A DNA stretch of 62,974 nt, counting the filler, from Thraustochytrium aureum (Eukaryota), in NCBI GenBank assembly GCA_012862495.1. It is 4 parts of 4 records of this genome, joined end to end, with 100 filler letters (N's around TTAATTAATTAA, not from the genome) between each part and the next. Parts side by side here need not be neighbours in the genome. Positions count along the whole stretch, not along the records: positions 18,651 to 45,249 come from BLSG01000088.1; 3 more parts are not named here. One strand, written 5' to 3'. A program made the position numbers and the translations under genes. Of the stretch, positions 32,801 to 45,349 are shown piece by piece. The notes beneath the pieces were generated by a model. The model worked only from the letters and a program-made list of their open reading frames with translations, was not told where the DNA came from and did not search any database. How positions within the stretch are numbered: the first letter of the stretch is position 1; each line of letters begins with the position of its first letter.

Positions 32801-33224
32801 CCTGCGCCAGTTTATCGCCAGCAAGCAGTTCAAGGCCTTTGACTACGAGCCGTCAGCCTGCCCGAACCACTTTTCCTCAAAGAAAGGCGGCAACATGGAG
32901 CACTACGGCGCGCCCGAGCCGCCCGAGTACACGTCGCGGTACCACCTGCTCGACCTCCCGGTGCACCTCATTGCCGGCCTCGACGACCAGCTCATCGGCC
33001 CGAGCAATGTGCTGCGCCATTACGACCACATGAAGCGCCACGGGGTCGATGTCACTTTCGAGAGCTTTGAGCGCTGTGGGCACGCCGACTTTACGTGCGG
33101 ACTCCATAGCAAGGCTCTGCAAGGGATCCTGGCGGCTGTCGACCGCGTCATGGACAAGGTCGAGGCCAAGAAGGCCACGCTCAAAGAGCTGCAGCGCAAG
33201 AAGCTCCTCACACCCCATTACTAG
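29836..33224 (+). CDS. Acid-lipase/steryl-ester-hydrolase-type alpha/beta hydrolase with long acidic disordered N-terminus; frameshift near 31450
   Basis: GYPFQE..VVTNDGYVLTLDRLP, LVHGVMDSS, GYDVYLTNFRG, FWDFSINEHAFEDIP, AHSMGG, catalytic D (GLDDQL) and GHADF. The join to the upstream ORF 29836..31620 is inferred. Confidence 0.85.
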
Positions 33225-33838
33225 TAGCAAGCGCAAGCAGAGCATGCAGATTCAAAATTTGTCGTCACGCCGCGTTCTTGCCCGACGCCTCCATGTGCCT
33301 GCCAGTGCCCGCCAGAAAAGCGAACCAACCAACAAGTACTAGTACTATTGCGAGTTCCCTNNNNNNNNNNNNNNNNNNNNNNNNNNNNNNNNNNNNNNNN
33401 NNNNNNNNNNNNNNNNNNNNNNNNNNNNNNNNNNNNNNNNNNNNNNNNNNNNNNNNNNNNNNNNNNNNNNNNNNNNNNNNNNNNNNNNNNNNNNNNNNNN
33501 NNNNNNNNNNNNNNNNNNNNNNNNNNNNNNNNNNNNNNNNNNNNNNNNNNNNNNNNNNNNNNNNNNNNNNNNNNNNNNNNNNNNNNNNNNNNNNNNNNNN
33601 NNNNNNNNNNNNNNNNNNNNNNNNNNNNNNNNNNNNNNNNNNNNNNNNNNNNNNNNNNNNNNNNNNNNNNNNNNNNNNNNNNNNNNNNNNNNNNNNNNNN
33701 NNNNNNNNNNNNNNNNNNNNNNNNNNNNNNNNNNNNNNNNNNNNNNNNNNNNNNNNNNNNNNNNNNNNNNNNNNNNNNNNNNNNNNNNNNNNNNNNNNNN
33801 NNNNNNNNNNNNNNNNNNNNNNNNNNNNNNNNNNNAGG

Positions 33839-36800
33839 ATGGCGCCAGGGCCATGTACGCGCTGGGCAACCGCTCTCCTTGTCGCGACCGCAGTTCTCGT
33901 GGCGCTACCTCGGCCCGCCCACTGCGATTTCCTGAACGAGTACCTGAATGACAAGACGTTCGGAGCCATCCCTGGGCCATGCCCAACGTACGCGGACCGG
34001 TGCACCGGGGACTGGGACAACCTGCCACAGAGCGTCAAGGACGTCTCCGTGTGCCTTCTCGGGCCAGACGCGGGATGCGCCCAGATTGGAGACCTGCTCA
34101 AGGCCGGCAAGCTCGAAGTGTGGGACCTCCAGTGCCGCCGCATCGGCATCGGCAACATTGCGCTCGATCGCGAACTGACCACAGACGAGCAAATCCGAAG
34201 CGCGATCGATGTCGACAACTTTGCGCTTTCCTGCTCATTCGAGGCCAACGTGTTGGATCTCGTCCTGGAGATCGCAGGCTTCCTGCGCGTGCAAGCTACG
34301 CTGCGCAAAACACGCATCGAATTTCCTGTGAACGGCGGCGCGGGTGTCGTCGACGCTGCTCTAGCCATCAACCTGTTTCCGGACACGGACAAAGGCGAAA
34401 CTTTCGCGGATTCTCTGCCCTATTTGGTGACATTGCCTGCAGACCGCTGCGAGATCGGCGTCGGGCTCGGCATCGAGCTCGAACTCGAGCAACTGGAATC
34501 GCTCACCCTGTGCGCTTTCATTCCAAGCAACATCCTAACGATATTCTTGCCTAAAGGCTGGCAGTGCGCCGACGTGATCGGGCCGGGCGGAGGCGGGCTC
34601 ATCAACTTCCTTCTCGATCTCTTCAACATCGACGCCATCCTCAGCGTTATTGTGCGCGTTTTGGAGGCCTTCATCGGCGGTATCATCTGCCAAATCGTCG
34701 AGGAGTTTGCCGTGCTCAGTGAACCGCCTGGCGCTGACGGCATCATCAACGAAGTGCTGAAGGACATCAAGAAGACCGTCGACGACCTCGCTGCCACGCC
34801 GCCCGTCGATCCGGCCCCGGCCGACACCGATGCCGCGATCCTTGCGGGTGGCGTCACTGCCGAGGAGCTTGCAAAAGCGACCAACTTGGCCAACAGCACG
34901 ATCTTCGAGACCGTCGCGGCGGGCATCAACGGCTGGCTAGGCGTCACTAGCCGCACGCCTGGGTACGAGGGCAAGCTCGTGGTTAACGAGCTGGTCGACC
35001 TCGTGACAGAACCAGCCGGCTCTGTGACCCTTGACCTTGTCCAGCTGGAGCTGAGCCCGGAGGTCACGCTCCCGCTCAACGTTGCAGACGTGACGGTCCG
35101 ACTCAACAAAGTCTCCCTCGCGGGCATAAATACCTTTGACCAGTTCCAGGTCCTCCAAAATGCCTTCAACCCGGCGGTGCCCACGCAGCGCTTCAGATAC
35201 ACGGTTACCAATGCAGTCAACATCCAGGACCTCTTCTTCCAGGTACAAGTGTACACCAAGCTGGCGCCTGGTTCCTGGGTCACCGCGGGCACTGCCACCT
35301 CCGACTTCACCTTCACCTTCAGCATCGGGCTGAAAGACCTCTTTTTCAACGCCTCCACGCTCGCGCTCGTCAACATTGACGAGACGCCAACGTGGCCTTG
35401 GGCAGCTCATCGGCGTGATTGACTTGCTCGGCTCCGCGACCGGCATCGATGCTATCACGCTCACAATCGCCGATGCGCTCCAGTGCGTGGCCCCCGCCCT
35501 GTACGCCGTCAACTTTACCAACCTGGAGGCCAGCGTGCGCCAAGTTGGGGAAGCCGAGGCGCTCGACTTTAGCGGTGACGGCCTCAGCCAGCTCATTTCT
35601 GACGGCGTCAAGTTTGGCGCGGACGCTCTCCGAGGCGCGCTCGCCGCCAAGCTGCCGGGCCTTGCGCGCGGCATCGTTCGCGAGACGCTCAACGACCTAC
35701 TCGTCGAGTACGTTACCGTGCCGGGGCGCGAGGGGACCGAGCGTTGCCCGCCGTGGACTGGCCCCACTGGCGGTGGGCCTGTGCGCGTCGACTTTGGGGT
35801 CGGCCTGTTTGCTTCCGTCTCCGAGTTTATCGACCAATCNNNNNNNNNNNNNNNNNNNNNNNNNNNNNNNNNNNNNNNNNNNNNNNNNNNNNNNNNNNNN
35901 NNNNNNNNNNNNNNNNNNNNNNNNNNNNNNNNNNNNNNNNNNNNNNNNNNNNNNNNNNNNNNNNNNNNNNNNNNNNNNNNNNNNNNNNNNNNNNNNNNNN
36001 NNNNNNNNNNNNNNNNNNNNNNNNNNNNNNNNNNNNNNNNNNNNNNNNNNNATCAACGAGCTCGTCGACGTGGTGCTTTCCTACTACGCAGACAACTATC
36101 CCGTGTTCCCTCTGCAAAGGCAGGCGGCCAGTTTACAGGGGGACTGGGAACTAGCCGCCGGATATCGGGACGTGCTTCGTTTCCCTGCTTTCCAGCGCCC
36201 CGATGATGTGCTACACCTCACCAACGTGCTCGTCGCCAACCTCAACTCGGTGTACCGCCTCCAGGCCGCGCAGGCCGACCTGGGGGAAGACGCAGACGGC
36301 CGCAAGGGCCTCCTCATCGACTTTGGCATCGGCGGAGAGCTCGCCCCCATCACTCCCGGGACCGTCACCCCGCTCCGCATCGGTATCCCGGTCAGCTTTA
36401 CCGTCCCCAGCCGCGGCCTGAGCGAGGCGTTTGAGTTCACCATCGAACTTTCCAATGTGGGGTTTGCTTTTGTCGTTTCGGACCTCGCGGTTCTTCTGGA
36501 CCACGTGAACGGGCTGCGCATCGCTCAAGTTGCGCAGATTCCTTGTCTTCTCGCATCTGTGCGTTCGCTAGGCTTTGACCCTGCGCTGCAGTCGCTCGTG
36601 ATTGGTGGGACCAACGTTGTCCTCTCTCGATCGCGCCAGGCATCCACGGATTTGCCGAACAAGCTCGACACCGCTCTGCAAGCAATCCAGGCCGAAAGCC
36701 CGCTGCCCGCGGCCGGGGGGCGCTTTGAGACGCTGCTCAACTCGCTGCTCAAGGGCACCATGCGCCTGGGCCTGGACGCAGTCTCTTCGGTGCCAGAATT

Positions 36801-39800
36801 GTACGGCTCGCTCAGCGTCGAGAACTGTAGCACCGTAGAAGACCCGCTCGCAGTCGCCTTTGAGCTGCTGAATTCGCCCTTGCCAAATGCAACCGCCCTC
36901 GTCGAGAAGTGCACCGCCGCGGTCGACTTTGGGGCTCTTCCAAGCGTACCCGAATTCGAGGAGACCGTCGCGTTGGACGAGAGCAAAGGCGACAAGGTCT
37001 TCGACCTACAAAACAGCGTCATCGTGGACCTGGCTCGTGCGCTTCTCACCGATGCGCTCAACAACGGCGGGGCCGAGATGGCCATCGCCCGCCTCGCGAA
37101 CGCTACTCAGGGCAGTGAGCTGCTTGGCGGCCTGCTCGAAATTGACCCGAACGACCCTTCGCGTGTCGACTTTGCGCTGCCCCTGGCGGCCCTCGGCCTT
37201 CAGTTCACGAACGACAAACTCGTCCCGGGCCTCGTTTTGGACGCCGGAGTGTTGCGGGTCTTCGGCTTCAACAAGTTTCTGAGCAAGCTAGACCTGTTGG
37301 AGCCAGTCGGCACTCTCACGACGCGCCACGTTGTCGAGTTTGACGCTGCCGCACCGCTGAATGTCACGATCTCGGCTTTCCTCGAGGTGGACCGCTCGGC
37401 CGTTGACGCCGGCTTCCCGGAAGGCCGGGAAAAGGTCCGCGAAGAGGTCGACATTTCGTTCGAGCTGACCGACTTTCGCCTGGAAGCCGACTTGGTCAGC
37501 GCCATCAACCCGGACTCGCTGGCGGCCAAGGCGCTGGGCCACTACTTTCGCGTCGACGCGGCGCAGACCATCTACCTTGCGGATACCGCGGCTGACTGCC
37601 TTGCGAGCGTGTTTTACGACGGCGGACTGGCGTTGCGCCAGCTCAACGTCCAAATCGGCGAACTGAGGAGCTTCACGCTCAAGAGCCGCGAAAACGCGAT
37701 TCTGAGCGACGGCTTTGAGCTCTTGTTTGAGGCGGTCGCCGAGCTCCTTGTCGATTTTTACAAGGACGCGACCACGAGCGTGAGCCAACTCTGCCTGCGC
37801 ACCTTCATCAACAGCTTCATCTCCGACATCCAGCGCCTCGCGCAATGCCCGCCCATTGCCCAAGTGGCCCCGCCCCCGCTGGAAGGCGACAACGCGCTGT
37901 TCCGCTTCACTACGTCAAGCGACTGGGCTGCGGTGCAAAACCTTTGGGACGACCTTCTGATCAGTGACAACTACGCCAACCTCAACGCGGTTCTCAGCGC
38001 CGTTCTCGATTCTAGCTCGTTTCTGTCGACGGAGACCGGGGACAACATCGCTGTGGACCTGCCCGTCACCTACGCAGGACGAAACTACGGCTCAGTCAGT
38101 CTGGGCCTCGCAAACGTCCGCCTCGCCCAGCTCGCCTTTTCGGACTTGCGCGTTGGCCAACCGCTGCAAGCGAGCGCGATTACGCCAGCTGGTTCGCGTC
38201 GCGCGCTTGCGGAAAACGTCGCCACGCTTGGAGTGGACCCCGTGCCTGTGTCGCCTGCCGACTACCCTTACTCGACGCTGACCCGCATCGCGATTCCAGG
38301 CGACCAGGAACGCACCGACTCTGTGGACGAGTCGCTGCGATTTCAGTTCGACCTGCGGTTCGACGCGAAGGGGCTCTTCACGGACATCCCCGACATGCGG
38401 AACAACTTGCGGCTCCAGATCCAGCTAAGCGACGTTGTGCTCGCGCTGCAGCTCCTGCTTCAGATCAACATCACCGAGGCTCTCGAGCTAGAGTTCGCAA
38501 CGCTGAGCTCGCTAAGCCAGATCCCGTGCCTGCTGGTCCCTGTCGAGCGCATCGAGCCGCAGTCGTTCAACTTTGCGATCGGCAAGCTTGGCATTAAGGC
38601 GCAGTGCCTGGACCGCTGCGACCTTCCCGTGTTTGAGGAGTTTGGCGACCTCGGCTTCACTAGCGAGAACCGCGAGGAGCTCGGCTCGCTGCTGACGCGC
38701 GCCACTGTCTTCATTGCCCAGTATCTGAGCGAGATCAATGCGCAAGAGCTTGTCAACGCGCAGCTGGCCGTCGCCGAGCTGACGTGCGCCGAGCTGCTTG
38801 AAGCGCTCGGCAGCTTTCTTACACCAGCGGAGCCACTGCCGGATGTAGCGCAGACGCTTGGGATCGCCTTTGGCGGAACAGTGCTGTTTAGCATGCTGGC
38901 CTACGCGGCCGTGTACCCGATTCACAAGGTCCGCCGAAAGCAGCAGCTACTCGCCACGGTGGCACGCGATCAGTCGCTCGACTTGGCGCATGTGCTGTCT
39001 GTGTCGGAGCTCGCGATGAAGTCGATCTTCCAGCACCCCGCCACGCCTGCCGGCGCCAAATATGTCGTCCCCTTCGTTGCGGTGGCCATCATCTGCATTG
39101 ACGTAGTGGCCGCGGGGTTCTCCGAGCTCTTCAACCTCGTCGTCCGGCTCGTCGTGCTCCGCGCCGAGACGGTGCTCTGGGACATCGTCCCCCTGACCGT
39201 GCCGAGCTTGCTCAACACGCTCTGGAGCGCCTTTGGCTGGGTGCTCGCCGTGCTGCTGGCCTTCGTCACCGTGGCGCTCCCAGTGCTTCAGGCGCTCGCT
39301 GTTCTTGCAGTATGGTTCACACCAAACACGGTGATTCCGGCACGGATCAAGCGCTGGGTGCTCTTTGTCCTGCAGCTCAGCGGCAAGCTGGGCTTTGTGC
39401 TTCTTTTCATCCTGGCAAACCTTCAAAGTGCGCTATTCACGGCGTTCACGAGTGCCGATTATGTCAACACGCAGTTCATCCCGAGTGACCTGGCCGCCTT
39501 TGAGCTCAACGTGACGCCCGAGCGCGGCGTCAAGCTGATCGTATTCAATGCCTGCGTGGCGCTTGTCCTGGCGCACGTGGCTGCGTTCTACTTGGAGAGG
39601 GCGTCGGGCCTGACCAAAAAGAGCACCGACGAGCTCGAAGGAGTGCGCGCAGATGGCGCAAAGCCCACCAAGGCCCTTTCCGCCAGGCGGAGCATATTTT
39701 CGCATACGTTTGCTGGGCGCGACCACGCCGGGGCGCGCCGCCGCGTCTCGCCGCTGGTCGCCGGAGCCCTTTGGGGGGCTCAGCCCTCGGCGCGCTCCTG

Positions 39801-41091
39801 ATAGCGGTTGGGATCTGGCTGCCGGCCATCCTCTTTGAGGTGAAGGGCGTCCTTGGGCTCGTGCTGGAGGAGGTCAGTCGAGGCTCGCCCAGTATTCCGG
39901 AGGATGAACCGCTACAATACAAGAGCTTTAGCCTCGTGGAGCTCGGCGCATCGTTCTCCAAGTCACCTACCGCCAACGCAATGGAGGCGCTCGGGCTCGT
40001 GTTTTTGCAGATCGTCTACTTTTCGGTATTTGTTTTGGGCCCTGTGGTCCAGCCCGCCCTCCTCGTGATCTGCATGGTACTGCCTGCCCGGCTGCCGCAA
40101 GTGCGCAAGCTGCTCTCGGTTGAGCGCATCCTGCTCTACTGGAACGGCCTGGATATTGCCATTTTGGTGATGCTCGGCATGCTGGTGCTCGTGGCGCCGC
40201 TGATCGAGGTTTACGTCAACTACATCAGTGAGCAGGTGCTCGGGGACGACTTTTGTTTCAGCCTCGAAACGCTGCTGGAGCGCGTGTTGCCCTCCTCGGC
40301 AGAGCCCAAGTGCATGACGGTTCAAGCTTCCATCCAGCCCACGCTTGCCGTGGCGGGGATTGGGTTTTTGCTGCAGTTTGTCTGCAACGTCGTCTTCGCA
40401 GTGCTAGCACATGCGGTTGTCGCGGACCGCTACTACGCCGCCTACCACCCGTTGCGCAGCGACGCGCGTCCGCCTCGTCTTGGAGCGTTTGCGCGCTTCC
40501 TGCTCAACATGTGCACCGTGCTGGTCCCTGGCGACGCCACACCTGGTACTGCTGAGACGCGCTACTCGTGTTCACGCGCAGCGGCGANNNNNNNNNNNNN
40601 NNNNNNNNNNNNNNNNNNNNNNNNNNNNNNNNNNNNNNNNNNNNNNNNNNNNNNNNNNNNNNNNNNNNNNNNNNNNNNNNNNNNNNNNNNNNNNNNNNNN
40701 NNNNNNNNNNNNNNNNNNNNNNNNNNNNNNNNNNNNNNNNNNNNNNNNNNNNNNNNNNNNNNNNNNNNNNNNNNNNNNNNNNNNNNNNNNNATCGCGCAG
40801 CAGACCGAGCGTCGTGTGCAGCGCTGGCAAGAGCGGTACGGCGCCAAGCGGTCGTCGGGCAACCCGCTCTATGACGAGTCCAGGTCTTCTGCGCCGCAGG
40901 ACGAGGGGCGCGCTGTGGTCGCAGGGTCGTCGTCCTTCCGGAGCTCGAACCCTTTCGATGACGGCTATGACGGCGATGGCGCTGTGAGAGGCGCTAGAAC
41001 GGGACACCCTCCGTTGCCTCCGCGCCAGGGACGCCAGCCGGTGGACAGCTTTGTGCACGGGATCACCCGCCAAGATAGCGTCGACGTGTAG
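33839..41091 (+). CDS. Giant (about 2400 aa) membrane protein: signal peptide, about 1600-aa repeated luminal region, two PqiA-like TM modules, cytoplasmic tail; two gaps, frameshifts near 35385 and 39780
   Basis: Successive + ORFs read as one protein. TM modules: LAVLLAFVTVALPVL...WFTP...LQLSGKLG and SFSLVELG...VLGPVV...YWNGLDIAIL. Tail contains NPLY and NPF. Confidence 0.7.
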
Positions 41092-41144
41092 GGACGTCTC
41101 GCAAACCGTCACTCCTCAGGCTCGTCCTGGTTGAGAGTCCGGCT

Positions 41145-41192
41145 CCAACGTGAACAACGTGACCGGTTCCAACGTGTCCAACGTGACCGGTC
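41145..41192. repeat. Two 24-bp tandem units containing CAACGTG x4
   Basis: ccaacgtgaacaacgtgaccggtt followed by ccaacgtgtccaacgtgaccggtc. Confidence 0.8.
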
Positions 41193-41372
41193 TGGGGTCC
41201 TTTCAGCGCGCGCGACGTCTCGCGCGTTGTACTAGTTCTAGACATGCCTCGCCGGTGACCGTAGTAGTGAACAGAATCAGATGGACAACATCGCGGTCTT
41301 CTTTTTTTAATTGCAATGCAACTCGCTGGGCGGGCCTTCTTTCCGTGGATGGAGCGCCTGCGCAACACGTGC

Positions 41373-44300
41373 TCACAAGGGCACTTCGTCGCGGGCCCCC
41401 GTCTTGATCGGCTCCATGACCGCGGTGGCGACTGCGCCGGAGGCGCCAACCCCCGAGCCAAAAACGCGCGAGCGGATTTGCGAGCCAAACTTGCGGTAAG
41501 CAAAGGCGCTGCCGCCAAGCAGTACAACACCGGCGGCCGAGAGGCCGATGATGAGACCCAGGTTGCTGCCGTTGGCGGTGCCGCCTTCGAGCTCGGCTGC
41601 CCCGCGCGTGCTGAACCTGTTGGCTTGGCAAGCGTCGCTGAGCCCAAACGCCGTGAGTTGCGCGTACATGACGAGCTTGAGCGAGTCGTCGCCCTGGTTG
41701 ATCAGCGCCGCAAACGTCTTGCCGAGCGGCATGCTGTACCTTCCGAGGACTGGCAGGGGATCGACCTGGTCGACAGCCTTTTCGTAGCAAAGCCGTGCGG
41801 AGCCCTCGCGCAGAACGAAAGAGTCGACTTCAAAGTTGGGCTTGCCGCAAGTGGCGGCGTCCTCTGCATCCTCCTCGAACACGCGCACCTTGCGCGCGGC
41901 CAGCTGCTTGGTCTGCTGGACGTCAAACAGGTGCCGATTGCCAGCCTTGTCAAGCTTGACAAAAGGGCCTCGGGGCTGAAAGCCAACCTCGACCCAGCTG
42001 TCCTGAAACGCGCGCGCATGGCGCGGCCGCTCTTCAACAACAGTCTCGAGCAGAAAGGTTTGCGCATGGACTTCAAAGTTGTACCCGCAACCCTCAAAGC
42101 CCTCGTCGAGCTCAAACAAGCGAACTCGTACGTGGTGGTCTCGTTGATGTCAAGGCCCTGGAGCTGCGCGCGAATCTGCTTTGCGCTGGACAGCTCGATG
42201 CGGAACCAGTCCTTGCGCCGACCCTGGGCGGCGGCCTCGTTGTCGGAAAAGTCGTCCCCCAGCCTCTTGATCACGCCGCCGAGCGCGTCCAGTTGGTCTT
42301 CGACGCCATCGACCTGGAAGATGCTGTTTGTGCGAAAGTCGCACGAGGGCATCAGCGCGAGGTCCGAGTACCAGGCCGCATTGCAGACCTCGGCGAATAG
42401 CCCCTTCTGAAGCTCGACGACCTTGTTGAACACGCGCGGGTCGCGCCGGAGCTGCACCTCGGGCGCGCTGCGCTGGAATACGGCGAGGTTGGCGCGAAAC
42501 TTGTTCAGCGGCTCGGTCGTTGTGATCGTGCTGTTGTTGAACGTCGAGGCGGCCTCGCCCCAACCCGCGACGCTGATCTTCTCCTTCTCGATCTTGAGCC
42601 GGAGCAAGGCGATCTTGCGCGCGGTTACGACAAACTGGACGAGGCTCTGGTGCATGGACTGTCCAAAGAGCACGGCCTGCTTGAGGTCCACGATGTATTG
42701 CTCAAAGCCGCTGAGGCCGCTGCTGGCAAACCCTTGCAAGTCCTCGTCGGGGCACCCTTTCTTGTCATCCAAAACGCGGCGCAATGTCGCGGGGGCTGCT
42801 GCCGCAAGGTTCGCTGAAACGAGCGTGCGCGGTCCGGCGGCGCGGGAGCGCAACCGCTGGGCGACAGAGTCCCCACCATCTCGCGCGGCGGCCCCGAGGA
42901 GAGCGCGCGTGTCCACGTCAGGGGAGGTCACCGCAGCTTCCAAGAGGCTTGGCTCAACAGAGACAGGTTCGTCGAGCGCGATGCCGAGGCGGCGGCGGCC
43001 CGCAGCGTTCTGAAAGTCGATGAACATGTCCGTGTTCTCGATAAAGTAGACCAACTCGCGCTGGATGGCCACCCAGAACGCAGTGGACCGGCTCTCGATG
43101 CTCGACGTGATGGGGATGTTGCCGAGCGTGATCTGGTAAAACTCGAGGCTCAGCTCGGTGAAAAAGGTGGAGATCTCGCGGGCCATTGCCGCGATCTGCT
43201 CGAACGCGGCAGCTGACTTGGCCAAGTTGTTCTTGTATTTCGAGTTGACCTCCTTCCGTTGGTCCTCGTAGTTGGCCAGCGCCATTACACCGCTCAGGAT
43301 CTTGGCCGCTCCGCCGGCCCCAGGGATGCTAGCATCGTCGAGGGTCTCGAGTGTCCCCGCAAGGAAATCGACGACATTGTCGCCGCTGGAAAAGTCCGCG
43401 TCACCAAGCTTGCCAAAGGCCTCACCGATCGCATTGAGGTTGTTGCTGACCGTGCCCCTCGGGAGGAGCTCGGCGACCTCGGCGAGCCCCCTTTCGACAA
43501 AGTCAGTTTGACCGGGCTTTATTCCCTTGTTCCTGTTGCCGCTTGGGTCTGGCGAGTCGAAGCCCTTGCGAAATTTGGAGGCGACCTTGTTGGCTACCTT
43601 GTTGGCGTCCCCGACAAAGTTCACTGCGCGCGAAGCAGCACGGGCGGCGACCTTGCCGGCAGCACTGGCGCCTCCAGAGAAAAGGAAGAGCCCGACATCG
43701 GCAACCAGCTCAAAAGCGCCAACGACGACGTTAAAGATCCCCATCGCCCGGGCGCGCGCCAGCTCAGCAAGCTCTTGGTCTTTCTTGCACTCGTAAAAGT
43801 CCTTGGTGGTGGAGGCCAGGCTCGTAGCGGTCTTGCTCATGGACTCCATGTGCTTCGTGCCGCTCTCATAGTCTCCCTTGATCGAGGTGATGCTGTTGAG
43901 GAACTTGGCGCGCGTTTGCTCGAGCTCCTCGTCGAAGACCGCGAGCTCGCCCACGGCATCTTTCTTCTTGGTCTCTGCTACGATCGCAAAGTTTTTGGCG
44001 ATTTGCTGCGAAATTCCTGTGGCCAGGGACGTCACGAGGTTGCCGAGCGCTGCTATGGAGGCCGTGGTGATATTCGAGGCGACCGCGATGTCGTCCCGGA
44101 TGGCGTTCGTGGAGATACGCAGCGCTAGAGAAACCTCAGCGGTGCCTTGGGCGATCGCGTTCTTGATTCCCTCTCGGTCGAGCGCAGCCAGAAGCCGGTC
44201 TGTCGACCACTTGCAGCCCCTGGCCAGGCACACAGAGTCTGGGCGCGCGACGCTGACTGCTCTGAACTCGACCATCATCGCCTGGTCCTCGGCGAACTGC

Positions 44301-45249
44301 AAGCGCCGCTCCGCAAGGTCGTTGGCGAGCGCGGTGAGCTCGCGAGCTGTGCCGACCGAGGCAGACTTGGCGCTCGCTGCCAACCTGGCAACGCCGCCAA
44401 CGAGGTCCATCAAGCCAAGGCTCGCGACGGTGGCGCCAGTCTTCCAGCCATCGAGGGCACTGCACTCGGCGATGCGAAAGAGGAGCGGGAGAACGACTCC
44501 GTCCGCCTTGGCAAGGATTTCTTCGCCGAGCGCGCAGTAAGCCCATGCCGAGTACGTGTTGGTTACTTTGCTCGGCTCGATCGGTCGACAGGCCCCGCTG
44601 CTGCGCCGGTCGTACACCGACCCGCACTCGCACACTGCAAAGGACTTTAGTGCGTCCAGGCACGTCACGAGCAACCCGGAGCTTTCCCTCGCATTCTCAA
44701 TGCCGATGATCTCATCGTAGTCGGCGAGGTCTTGCGTGCCGATCGCGTTTGGCCCAAGGCGGGGCATAGGAGGCGGCGGCGGGTAGCGAGTCTTGTAGGG
44801 CGAGCGCTCGGCCATCATGAACCAGCGCCACGTCTGTGCGATGTGCGCGGCCTCGCCACGCACAGCCCCAGGCAGATCGCCTTGGGAGGCGATGGCGTCG
44901 GCCGATTTTACTGCATCTCGCAAAAGCAAAGTCTCGTCCCGGGTTGGGCCGCCATTGATCTCCGGGTTCCGACGTTTCGTGACGAACGCAGTGGAGCAGA
45001 TCGCTGCCTGTGTGACCATCTCAAACAAGTCATCGGTGTGGTTGGCCGGATTTGAAGCCAGAAGCGCGGCGGACCGCAGGTGCACCGCCATAGCAGTCGC
45101 GTCGAGGCTCTCGAAGCAGCCGCCCAGGCTCTCGTCCCAGATCAAGGTCGGTCCTCCCAGCCGAACAGGCAAGAAGACCTCGCGCAGCGGCGTGATGGAG
45201 GGTTCGAATGCTGACAGGAGCACGAGCTTCCCGGTGGCTTCGTGGAGGG
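41373..45249 (-). CDS. Large helical/coiled-coil protein with internal hydrophobic segment, C-terminal beta-rich domain and TM anchor; 5'-truncated; frameshift near 42120
   Basis: ORF 41702..45223 is open to the scaffold edge and joins ORF 41373..42119 (YEF/LFELDEG). The TM is LGLIIGLSAAGVVLLGGSAFAY followed by RK. Confidence 0.75.
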
Positions 45250-45349
45250 NNNNNNNNNNNNNNNNNNNNNNNNNNNNNNNNNNNNNNNNNNNNTTAATTA
45301 ATTAANNNNNNNNNNNNNNNNNNNNNNNNNNNNNNNNNNNNNNNNNNNN
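45250..45349. other. Artificial scaffold-joining linker
   Basis: N44-TTAATTAATTAA-N44. Confidence 0.97.
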
